Shown here in pieces: positions 1 through 9,630 of a DNA stretch of 42,657 nt; positions within the stretch are counted from its first letter, which is position 1, and each line of letters begins with the position of its first letter. The notes under the pieces were generated by a model. That model was not told the origin of the DNA. It searched no databases and saw only the letters and a list, made by a program, of their open reading frames with translations. A program made the translations under genes and the position numbers. Origin of the DNA: Deltaproteobacteria bacterium (GTDB taxonomy: Bacteria > Myxococcota_A > Polyangia > Polyangiales > Houyiibacteriaceae); assembly GCA_041821485.1 (NCBI GenBank), contig JBGUEF010000002.1:1-42657 (forward strand), in the 5' to 3' direction.

Positions 1-2
1 GG

Positions 3-914
3 ATTCCCCCTGGCGCGCAGCTGGCGCTCCGCGTCGACATGAAGCGTGTTCGCGAGTCACCCTTAGCGCCCGACGTCACCAGCTTTTTGCGGGGTGTCCC
101 CGACTGGCAGCTACTCCTGGAAGGCTCCGGCATCGACCCCGTCGGGGACCTCGACCGGCTCCTGGTTGCGACGCCCAACCTGCAGCGCTCCAAGCTGGTG
201 CTCGCAGGGCGGCACCGGCGGGATGACGGCTTCGCACGGAAGCGTGTCAAACGCCTTGCGCGCTCACGAGGCAAGGGCGTGCGTTGGCAGCAGCGGTACG
301 GAGTGCCCACTGCGCCCTGGTACAATCTCGATCGAACACCACGCACGATCGCGCTCCTGAGCGCCCAGCACTTCAGCATTACGCGCCGTCAGGATCTCGA
401 ACGTGTTCTCGCGATGGCGAAGGCCCGCGAGCTTCTGGACGCCAAGAAGGAAGGACTCGTCGCTGCGCGAGGTCCCGACGCATTGCTATCGATGGGTCCC
501 GAGGAGGCAATTTCGCTCGAGGTCGAAGGCGTGCATCGCTTCATCGTCGGGAGCATCAAACACGTGCCAGTGCGGCTGCGTCTGGCGGTCCGCGAGACCG
601 GCGCCGACGAAGCGACCGTCAGCGTTCTGGCAACCTACGCGTCGAAAGGCGAGGCAAGCGACGCCTCGATCTACTGGAAGAAGGTTGCGCAGTTCTATTC
701 GCAGCAGCTCATCATGACACTGTCGGGGTTTGGGAAGACGCTTCGGCGCATGGAGCTCACGCCCGAAGAAGATCGCGTCCAGGTCTCGTTCACGCTCAGC
801 GCCGATCAGATTCGCTTCATCCTCAGCTACGCAGAGGGTCGGTTGCGGGGCGCGGCTCATCCCCGGCCAAGCGCCAAACCAAGCAGGCCGCCGCCAACAA
901 AAAAGGGGCCCTGA
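3..914 (+). CDS. hypothetical protein, probably the C-terminal part of a longer ORF (frame open to the window edge; first in-window ATG at 39)
   Basis: ORF track 39..914. There is no stop in this frame between nt 3 and 39. Pro/Lys-rich tail (PSAKPSRPPPTKKGP). The stop TGA lies in the loop of a terminator hairpin. No family recognised. Confidence 0.5.
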   Translation: MPPGAQLALRVDMKRVRESPLAPDVTSFLRGVPDWQLLLEGSGIDPVGDLDRLLVATPNLQRSKLVLAGRHRRDDGFARKRVKRLARSRGKGVRWQQRYGVPTAPWYNLDRTPRTIALLSAQHFSITRRQDLERVLAMAKARELLDAKKEGLVAARGPDALLSMGPEEAISLEVEGVHRFIVGSIKHVPVRLRLAVRETGADEATVSVLATYASKGEASDASIYWKKVAQFYSQQLIMTLSGFGKTLRRMELTPEEDRVQVSFTLSADQIRFILSYAEGRLRGAAHPRPSAKPSRPPPTKKGP

Positions 915-927
915 GGGCCCCTTTTTC
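899..927. terminator. bidirectional intrinsic terminator shared by the convergent ORF 3..914 and the HU-like gene
   Basis: AAAAAA-GGGGCCC-TGA-GGGCCCC-TTTTT: a 7-bp GC stem flanked by an A-run and a T-run, so a hairpin plus U-tract forms on either strand. Confidence 0.7.
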
Positions 928-948
928 TCGATTCGCTGTCTCAGTGAC

Positions 949-1263
949 TCAGAGGACGAGGTCCTTGAGCTTCTTGAGAGGCGTTGCGCGAATCTTCTTC
1001 GACGCAGGCTTCGGCGGAAGCATCATCTCCTCGCCCGTTGCCGGATTGCGTCCCATCCGAGCGGGTTTCGCCGGAATCTTACGAACCTTGAGCTTGATCA
1101 TATCGGGAATGACAAACTCCCCCGGGCCACGGCGACCAAGTTCTTTCTTGACGAGGTCTTGAAGTGCATCAAAAACCCCTACAATTTCCTTCTTGGTGAG
1201 GCCGGTCTTTTCGGCCAGCTCACTCATGGTCTGAGCCTTCGTCATTCGCTTGCCTGCTACCAT
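949..1263 (-). CDS. HU/IHF-family histone-like DNA-binding protein
   Basis: 104 aa. The body of the protein (ELAEKTGLTKKE...RMGRNPATGEEMMLPPKP...KKLKDLV) matches the HU/IHF fold signature GRNPxTGE. The motif AGGAGGG lies 4-5 nt upstream of the ATG at 1263. Confidence 0.85.
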   Translation of the reverse strand: MVAGKRMTKAQTMSELAEKTGLTKKEIVGVFDALQDLVKKELGRRGPGEFVIPDMIKLKVRKIPAKPARMGRNPATGEEMMLPPKPASKKIRATPLKKLKDLVL

Positions 1264-1652
1264 AATTCCCTCCTAACTCTCTGACCTGCCCCCTCGATCT
1301 AGTAAAAAGGCCCCCAAAAGAAGCCCCAGGCAGGCACGGCGCCATCTATGCCTAGCTTTTTGCTTGCTGACAAGGGACTTCGTGCGCTTTCGCAAACAAA
1401 TTTCTAGGGGTTAATCGATCCGCGATGGCGCGGGGCTCGGCCGTGCTCGCCCCCGACTCGTCGGCACGCCGGGGTTACCCACAGGCAGTCCACAAGGTCC
1501 AGCGCCCTTTCATCCCGGTTTCGCGATCGCTCTCGACGATCGAGAAATCAAACATGGTTTCAAGCGCTTAGCCTTTAAAATGCAAGCCGAGCACGAAGAT
1601 TGTGCGCTCGAATTCTCAGGAGTTACGGGAGGTTTTCCACAGCTCGAGAGGC

Positions 1653-2096
1653 CTATCGGGCAGCATCCACTGCGGCTAACAAATCCGCCGTCCGAGCGTT
1701 CATTTCCCGCTCTTCGCGCTTGTTCCCATGGTCGTAGCCGAGAAGATGAAGCAGCCCATGAGCCAGCAAAAACGTCACTTCTTGGATGATTGGGCGATCG
1801 TGCTCCGCCGCCTGGCGGGTCGCCATCGGTAACGAGATGACCACATCGCCGAGCAGGCCCGGGTGTCCCGCTGGGCCGGGGCCCTCCTGCATCGGGAAGG
1901 CAAGCACGTCCGTTGCCTTGTTCTTCTTTCGGTAGCGGCGGTTGAGCTTGCGGATTGTCCCGTCGTCGCAAAGCAGGATCGATAGCTCCGCGTCCCGCAG
2001 ATCCAAAGACTCGAGCATGGCCTCGGCTCGCCAGGACAGCTCCCCGTGACGAATCGAGCGACGTTCCAAACCACGCGAGCGGAGCCAGACTGGCAT
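1653..2096 (-). CDS. ybeY: rRNA maturation endoribonuclease YbeY
   Basis: Metal-binding motif HGLLHLLGYDH and ATDVLAFPM. The ORF-track start at 2132 is a TTG; the first ATG (MPVWLRS) is at 2096. The choice of start is uncertain. Confidence 0.85.
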   Translation of the reverse strand: MPVWLRSRGLERRSIRHGELSWRAEAMLESLDLRDAELSILLCDDGTIRKLNRRYRKKNKATDVLAFPMQEGPGPAGHPGLLGDVVISLPMATRQAAEHDRPIIQEVTFLLAHGLLHLLGYDHGNKREEREMNARTADLLAAVDAAR

Positions 2097-2179
2097 TGCT
2101 GGGCTACTGGCTTCCGGTTTCGTTTTGGTCAAGCCGGGCCGCGGGGTGCCGCGAGCGAGCCGGTTGCTATGCTCCGAGC

Positions 2180-3322
2180 GTGTTCAAGAAAGTACTGATC
2201 TTGAGGCGCGGAGAAGCCGCTACTCGTGTGGCGCGCACGTGTCGGCGGATGGGCGTGGAATCGATCGTCGTCGCCCCCAAAGGCACGCCCGCAAGCCGCC
2301 ACATCGAAGCGGCGGACCGAAGCATCGAGGTCGACTTCGACGAGGCCAGCGCGATTCCGAGCGACCAGCTCCCGGGAATTCTCGAGCAGGCAGGCGCCGA
2401 CGCGGCGCACCTCGGCTATCAAGGTCAGCCGGAGATGTTCGAGCTCGCCAGCGCTGCCGAAAAGGCAGACGTAGCTGTGATCGGCACAGACCTCGACGTC
2501 CTCGGTGCCCTCACCGACCCCGCCACCATTCGCGTCGCGGCCGAGCGGGCCCACGTCCGAACCGTTCACGAGGCCGAAGACCGGTCACGGCCTCGCGAAA
2601 TCGGCGTGCTCGTTGCCGCGGACTCTCATGGGGAAACCACTGCCATCGCGGAATGCGACCGCAGCCTGTCGACATCCGAGCACACGCTGATCCACGAAAC
2701 TCCATCGCCTGAGTTGATTTTCCGCTCCGACGGCGGGGCATTTCGAATGGCGCTGTTCGAGAGCGCTCGGCGTGTCGCGGCCGAGCTCCGTTACGCAGGG
2801 CTTCTCGAGGTGAAGTTTCACATCTGCCCGTCCGGCCTGTGCTGGGTATCAGACGTGAAGATCGGCTTGCCTCGACACCACACGCTCATCGAGATGGTCA
2901 CCAGAGTCGACCTGGTCGCGCTACAGCTTCGCATCGCATCCGGCGAGGCCATCCCCGAAGAGCTGGAGATGGTCGAGCCCCGCGGGCACGCGCTCGACGC
3001 ATCCATCCTCGCACTCGACCAGCAGGACGCCGTCGTGTCCTCGTACGCCGCGGCGCCCGCACCCCAGGGCCGCGTGCGTGCAACCTCGTCCGCCACCGTC
3101 GGCTTACCCCTGCCAGCCGACGACCGCCCGTTGATCGCGAAGCTGACCACCTACGCACCGATCCGTCACCGCGCGATGCTCTCGATGGACCGCATGTTGG
3201 CCGAAATGCGCGTGGAACCGTTCGAGACGAACGTGCCGGCGCTAAGGCGGATCCTCAGCGACTACGCGTTCCGCGCCGGACAGTACGACACCGAATCCGC
3301 TCTCCGATTCGCTAACGGCTGA
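2180..3322 (+). CDS. biotin carboxylase-like protein, degenerate (lid domain missing, catalytic residues replaced)
   Basis: The GTG at 2180 gives an N-terminus VFKKVLILRRGEAA, equivalent to the AccC start MxxKIxIANRGEIA. It is collinear with the AccC N-, central and C-terminal domains (EMVTRVDLVALQLRIASGE, RGHALDASI). There is no GGGG(K/R)G loop. See findings. Confidence 0.7.
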   Translation: MFKKVLILRRGEAATRVARTCRRMGVESIVVAPKGTPASRHIEAADRSIEVDFDEASAIPSDQLPGILEQAGADAAHLGYQGQPEMFELASAAEKADVAVIGTDLDVLGALTDPATIRVAAERAHVRTVHEAEDRSRPREIGVLVAADSHGETTAIAECDRSLSTSEHTLIHETPSPELIFRSDGGAFRMALFESARRVAAELRYAGLLEVKFHICPSGLCWVSDVKIGLPRHHTLIEMVTRVDLVALQLRIASGEAIPEELEMVEPRGHALDASILALDQQDAVVSSYAAAPAPQGRVRATSSATVGLPLPADDRPLIAKLTTYAPIRHRAMLSMDRMLAEMRVEPFETNVPALRRILSDYAFRAGQYDTESALRFANG

Positions 3323-3334
3323 GCTCAGCGGTCC

Positions 3335-5545
<2,211 letters not shown>

Positions 5546-5565
5546 CCGCTACTGACCCGTACACC

Positions 5566-7953
5566 CTACTTCAGAGACACGACGGTCACCTGAGGACCGC
5601 CTTCGTCCTGAGTGCCCTGACGAAACCCTTCGACGTAGGTGGCATCGCGAGACAAGTGCTCGTGAATGGCACCCCGAAGCGCGCCGCTCCCGACTCCGTG
5701 AACGATGAACGCAGCCGACTCGGCGGCCCCGTACATGCGATCGAGGAAGGCCTCGGCCATGGCAACTGCGTCGTCCGCGCGGAGCCCACGAACATCGAGC
5801 GTGTTGTCACTGGTTCTCAGAGCGCGCTGCGGCTTCGGGTGTGCGCCGGAAACGGGGGCGGGCTCTTTCGGGGGCGGCGCCGAGACTTGTTTAAGCGCGC
5901 GTAGGTCGCTCACGTCGACCCAGAGCTTCATCATGCCTGCAGACACGCGAACCTTGCCGCGCGCCGGCCCTTCGATCACGTCGGCAATGCTTCGCAGGCG
6001 TTCGACCCACACGCGGTCGCCGATGCGAACCGCCTTCGGATCGAGCGCCGCAGTTTCCACGGGCTCGGGCTCCAGGGACAAGCGATGGGCGTCGAGCTCA
6101 CCGAGAAGCGCACTTCCATCGCTCAGCACCTCAGCGGCCGCCGCGACGGACTCGGCTTCAGTGCGCTGACGAAGCTCTTTCTTTGCGTGATCGAGTCGGC
6201 GGTGAAGCTCTCTGACTTGATCGACCAGCTTCTGGGCCTCAACGCCGAGGCCCTTCGCCTCACGCGCCCTGAGCGCTTGGCCGCGGAGGTCGAGCTTCGC
6301 GCGCTCCTCCGTGACTTTCGCTCGTTCGTCCACGAGGGCCGACTGCTCTTGGAGCGCGGCCTTGGTCGCCGCGTCCAGCTTCGCCACCAAAGTCTCGAAG
6401 CTTCGCGAGTGCTCGGGGAGCGCGCGGCGGGCCTGGTCGATGACCTCGGGGGGAATACCGTAGCGCCTCGCGACCTCGAGCGCGTTCGAGCCGCCGGGCA
6501 CGCCCATCGTCATCCGGAACGTGGGCTCCATATTGTCGAAGTCGAAGCCGACCGCGGCGTTGTGCATGTCCTCGCGTTCGGCGGCGAGCGCCTTCAAGGC
6601 TTCATAGTGGGTCGTGACCGCGACCGCCGTTCGCCGCTCGACCAGGGTTTTGACGACCGCGCACGCCAGGGCAGCACCAGCTTCCGGATCCGTCGCGCCC
6701 GTAAGCTCGTCGAGGAGGACCAGGACCCGCTCGCCCGCTTGCTCGAGCACGCTCCGGAGGGTGACCAGGTGCGCAGAGAACGTCGACAGGCTTCGGGCGA
6801 GGCTCTGCTCGTCGCCTACGGCCGCAAGCACAGGCGAGAAGAACCCGCAAACGCTCCCCGCCTCGACCGGCACGGCCAAGCCCGCCCTCGTCATGAGCGC
6901 TGCGAGACCGAGCATCTTGAGCGCAACCGTTTTGCCTCCGGCGTTCGGACCGGAAATCACCAGGGCCTCACCGCCGAGGAGCTCGATGTCGTTCGGGACC
7001 ACGTCGATGCCGCCCAGAATCAACGAAGGATGACGAGCCGCGCGCAGGGAGATGCGGGGCTCCTGACACAGCTCGACGAAATGAGCGCCGAGATCGACCG
7101 CGAGCTGCCCGCTGGCGCTGCGTAAGTCCGCGTGGTCGAGCGCCTCGGCGGCGGCGCGGAGCTGCGGCACGTACTGGCGTACCAGGTCCGAGAGTGCGGC
7201 CAGGATCCGCCGCTCCTCGCGCTCGAGCTCACCTTGAGCCATCTTGAGACGGTTCCCGCGTTCGACGAGCTCCCGGGGCTCTACGAAGATCGTCGCGCCG
7301 CTGGCGCTCGAGCCGTGCACGATGCCGTGAAAGCGTTCGTGCGCATCGGTGCGAACCGGAAGCACATAGCGCCCTTCCCGAATCGTGTAGAACGAATCCT
7401 GTAGAATCGCGCTTCGCTTCTGGATCAGGTCTTCGAGCTTGCGAATGATCCGCCCGCGAAGATTCCCCACCTCCTCACGAAGACGCGCGAGCTCGGGGCT
7501 TGCGGAGTCGAGAATCGTGCCGTCATTCCCGATCGACATGCCGACCTCTTCCTCGAGAGCGTCGAGCGTAGGGTCGATGGCACAGGCGCGATGCAGATAC
7601 GGCACCGTGTCTTTTCGTTGCCCGAGAAACCGTCGCAGCGTCGCGGCGGCCCGCAAGGTCATGCGGATATCCTTGAGCGCGCCGCCCTCGAGCACGCCTT
7701 CCCGCTCGAGGTGTTGCAGCGACGCGCGGATCTCACAGATGCCTTCGAGTGGCAGGGGCTCGTTCCGGTCGAGCAGCGTCCACGCTTCTCTCGACTCGGC
7801 AAGCACGCGCTCGGTTTCTTCGAACGAGTCGGCGAGATGCAAAGAGAGCCCCCCCCGGAGCGGACCCCTGCAGCGATCCGCGACCGCACGCTCGACCTGG
7901 TCCCACTCGAGATCGGCTAGCGTTTTACGTTCCGCGTCACTCACTGAGCCCAC
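5566..7953 (-). CDS. mutS2: endonuclease MutS2 (MutS ATPase core plus C-terminal Smr domain)
   Basis: 795 aa. Walker A GPNAGGKT. Smr tail LDVRGLRADDAV...FIVHGVGSGALR. GTG start at 7953, or GTG at 7944, which would form a GTGA overlap with the kinase stop codon. Confidence 0.93.
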   Translation of the reverse strand: MGSVSDAERKTLADLEWDQVERAVADRCRGPLRGGLSLHLADSFEETERVLAESREAWTLLDRNEPLPLEGICEIRASLQHLEREGVLEGGALKDIRMTLRAAATLRRFLGQRKDTVPYLHRACAIDPTLDALEEEVGMSIGNDGTILDSASPELARLREEVGNLRGRIIRKLEDLIQKRSAILQDSFYTIREGRYVLPVRTDAHERFHGIVHGSSASGATIFVEPRELVERGNRLKMAQGELEREERRILAALSDLVRQYVPQLRAAAEALDHADLRSASGQLAVDLGAHFVELCQEPRISLRAARHPSLILGGIDVVPNDIELLGGEALVISGPNAGGKTVALKMLGLAALMTRAGLAVPVEAGSVCGFFSPVLAAVGDEQSLARSLSTFSAHLVTLRSVLEQAGERVLVLLDELTGATDPEAGAALACAVVKTLVERRTAVAVTTHYEALKALAAEREDMHNAAVGFDFDNMEPTFRMTMGVPGGSNALEVARRYGIPPEVIDQARRALPEHSRSFETLVAKLDAATKAALQEQSALVDERAKVTEERAKLDLRGQALRAREAKGLGVEAQKLVDQVRELHRRLDHAKKELRQRTEAESVAAAAEVLSDGSALLGELDAHRLSLEPEPVETAALDPKAVRIGDRVWVERLRSIADVIEGPARGKVRVSAGMMKLWVDVSDLRALKQVSAPPPKEPAPVSGAHPKPQRALRTSDNTLDVRGLRADDAVAMAEAFLDRMYGAAESAAFIVHGVGSGALRGAIHEHLSRDATYVEGFRQGTQDEGGPQVTVVSLK

Positions 7954-9506
7954 TCGGGGACTTTGAGATCCGAGGAACGGGCTGGCCTGTCACGCTTGCG
8001 CTCGGGGGCCTGCGCGCTGCGAGGTTTGGGTGTCGACTTCTTCGGGGCCCGGAGCTCGATCAAAACGGTTTCCTCTTCGGCGGGGCTGATCGCCGTGCTC
8101 CCCCTCCGTCTACCAAGCTTGGCGCGAAGTACCAGGGTCGACCCTCGTTCTGCCTCGATCGTGCACGGGGCCGCGGCACAGGCCTCCGCCCCGTTGTCGA
8201 GAAGGACCTTGGCGCCTGTTGGATCGGTAGCGACGTGCACGTTCACAAACGTGAGCGCTGGCTCGAGATCATCGAGGAGCGGCTCGTCGGCTTCGGCCAC
8301 CTCTACTGCAGTGCTCGGCTCGGGGGGAGCCCCGCTCGCGTCGGCTTCGCTCTCCGAGCCAGACAAGGCACCCAGTGCGACCCAGACGAGCGCGGCAACG
8401 GCGGCCGACACGGTCACCGCCCAAACCCAGCGAGAGGTCTTTCGGCGTGGCACCGGTTCGAGATAGCCGAGCGATGGCGGACCAAACGCAGAAGGCGGGG
8501 TCTTCACGGTGGCGCGGCTCAAGCGCCCGTCGAGGGCACAGGTGATCGCCTCTGCAAGCTCCTCGGTGTTCTGATAGCGGTCCTCGGGATCCTTGGCGAG
8601 CGCCTTGCGGATCACCAGCTCGAGCTCCCGGCTCACCGTGGCGTTCGGATTCATCTCGGCGATGGGCGGCAACTCGGAGAACAAATGCTGCGTGAGCACC
8701 CCCATGAAGGTGTCGCCTTCGAACGGAACGCGGCCCGCGAGGCACTCATAGAGGATGATGCCGAGCGCGTAGACGTCGACTCGGTGGTCGAGCTCCTTCC
8801 CGGCCGCTTGCTCGGGCGACATGTATTCCGGCGTGCCGAAGATCATCCCCGTCTTGGTCAGCTTGCGCCCCGGCGCCCCGTCGGTTTCGATGTCGCTCAT
8901 CTTCGCGATGCCGAAGTCGACGATCTTGACGAAATCATCGACGCCGTCACGCTTGGTGAGGAAGATGTTCTCGGGCTTGATGTCGCGGTGAACGATCCCC
9001 TTGGCGTGCGTGGCCGACAACGCTCGGCAGCACTGAAGCACGATGGCGCATACTCGTTCGGCCTCGACCGTAACGTCTCTGCCGAGGACGTTGGCCAGGT
9101 CTTCTCCGTCCAGAAACTCCATGACGAAGTAGCTGGCGCCGCGCGTCGTCTCGCCGAAGTCGGAGATGTCGACGATGTTCTCGTGACCGATCCGCGACGC
9201 ACTCCTGGCTTCCTGGCGGAAACGCGCGACCACATCCGGTCGCCTCGACAAGTCGTCACGAAGGACCTTGATCGCCACTTGCTTGTCGATATCGCGATGG
9301 AGGCCCTCGTAGACCAGCCCCATGCCGCCCTCACCGATGCGGCTCTTCACGACATAGCGGCCGGCCAGCACGGCGCCGACGAGCGGATCGTCAGGGTTGA
9401 GAGGACTGATGCTCATCTGCGACGTCGTCACGAGACGCGTGGCATCGACGGGACAGAATACCTCTCCCCTCCCGTAGTCGACTCTGCAGGCAGGACATAC
9501 CTTCAT
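7941..9506 (-). CDS. membrane-anchored Ser/Thr protein kinase (Cys-rich N-terminal motif, Hanks kinase domain, one TM helix, PEGA-like extracytoplasmic domain)
   Basis: Kinase motifs GEGGMGLVY, AIKVL, HRDIKPEN, DFGIAK and GTPEYMSPEQ. TM helix WVWAVTVSAAVAALVWVALGAL. C-terminal VHVATDPTGAKVLLDNG...C.IE looks like a PEGA domain. Start trimmed to the ATG at 9506 (MKVCPACRVDY), because the longer ORF to 9740 would overlap the mutL start. Confidence 0.9.
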   Translation of the reverse strand: MKVCPACRVDYGRGEVFCPVDATRLVTTSQMSISPLNPDDPLVGAVLAGRYVVKSRIGEGGMGLVYEGLHRDIDKQVAIKVLRDDLSRRPDVVARFRQEARSASRIGHENIVDISDFGETTRGASYFVMEFLDGEDLANVLGRDVTVEAERVCAIVLQCCRALSATHAKGIVHRDIKPENIFLTKRDGVDDFVKIVDFGIAKMSDIETDGAPGRKLTKTGMIFGTPEYMSPEQAAGKELDHRVDVYALGIILYECLAGRVPFEGDTFMGVLTQHLFSELPPIAEMNPNATVSRELELVIRKALAKDPEDRYQNTEELAEAITCALDGRLSRATVKTPPSAFGPPSLGYLEPVPRRKTSRWVWAVTVSAAVAALVWVALGALSGSESEADASGAPPEPSTAVEVAEADEPLLDDLEPALTFVNVHVATDPTGAKVLLDNGAEACAAAPCTIEAERGSTLVLRAKLGRRRGSTAISPAEEETVLIELRAPKKSTPKPRSAQAPERKRDRPARSSDLKVPEWAQ

Positions 9507-9512
9507 AACGAT

Positions 9513-9539
9513 GAATTCCGGGCTAACTCCCCCGAATTC
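9513..9539. promoter_or_regulatory. imperfect palindrome (GAATTCCGGG-N7-CCCCGAATTC) in the kinase/mutL divergent spacer; possible operator or 5'-UTR hairpin
   Basis: A 10-bp arm with one mismatch. It contains two GAATTC hexamers 15 nt apart in a GC-rich genome and ends 7 nt upstream of the kinase ATG. Confidence 0.3.
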
Positions 9540-9630
9540 ACGGTAGCATCGCGATTGTTGGAGGGTCAACGATGGCGCCGGACTCGCAAGCCACGTTGCC
9601 AATCGAAACCAGCTTTGATAGGCGCACGCC

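Noticed and set aside
1405-1416. A possible third copy of the 35-bp repeat (shares GGGTTAAT) in the ybeY/HU spacer.
   Set aside because: Only 8 nt match and there is no adjacent hairpin, which is consistent with chance.
1425-1577. A 50-codon ATG ORF (MARGSAVLAPDSSARRGYPQ...) in the ybeY/HU spacer, with high GC3 in its first 30 codons.
   Set aside because: It has no SD at a usable distance, GC3 collapses in the last third, the composition is low-complexity and no family resemblance exists. Without conservation or expression data it cannot be distinguished from chance.
1955-2179. N-terminal extensions in the ORF track for the biotin-carboxylase-like gene (from 1955), the kinase (to 9740), the haem lipoprotein (to 27432), panB (from 40014), the EnvC-like gene (to 35084) and the DDN-like gene (to 34015).
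   Set aside because: The extensions overlap neighbouring genes or consist of Arg/Pro-rich sequence. Internal starts line up with the conserved family N-termini, signal peptides or SD motifs.
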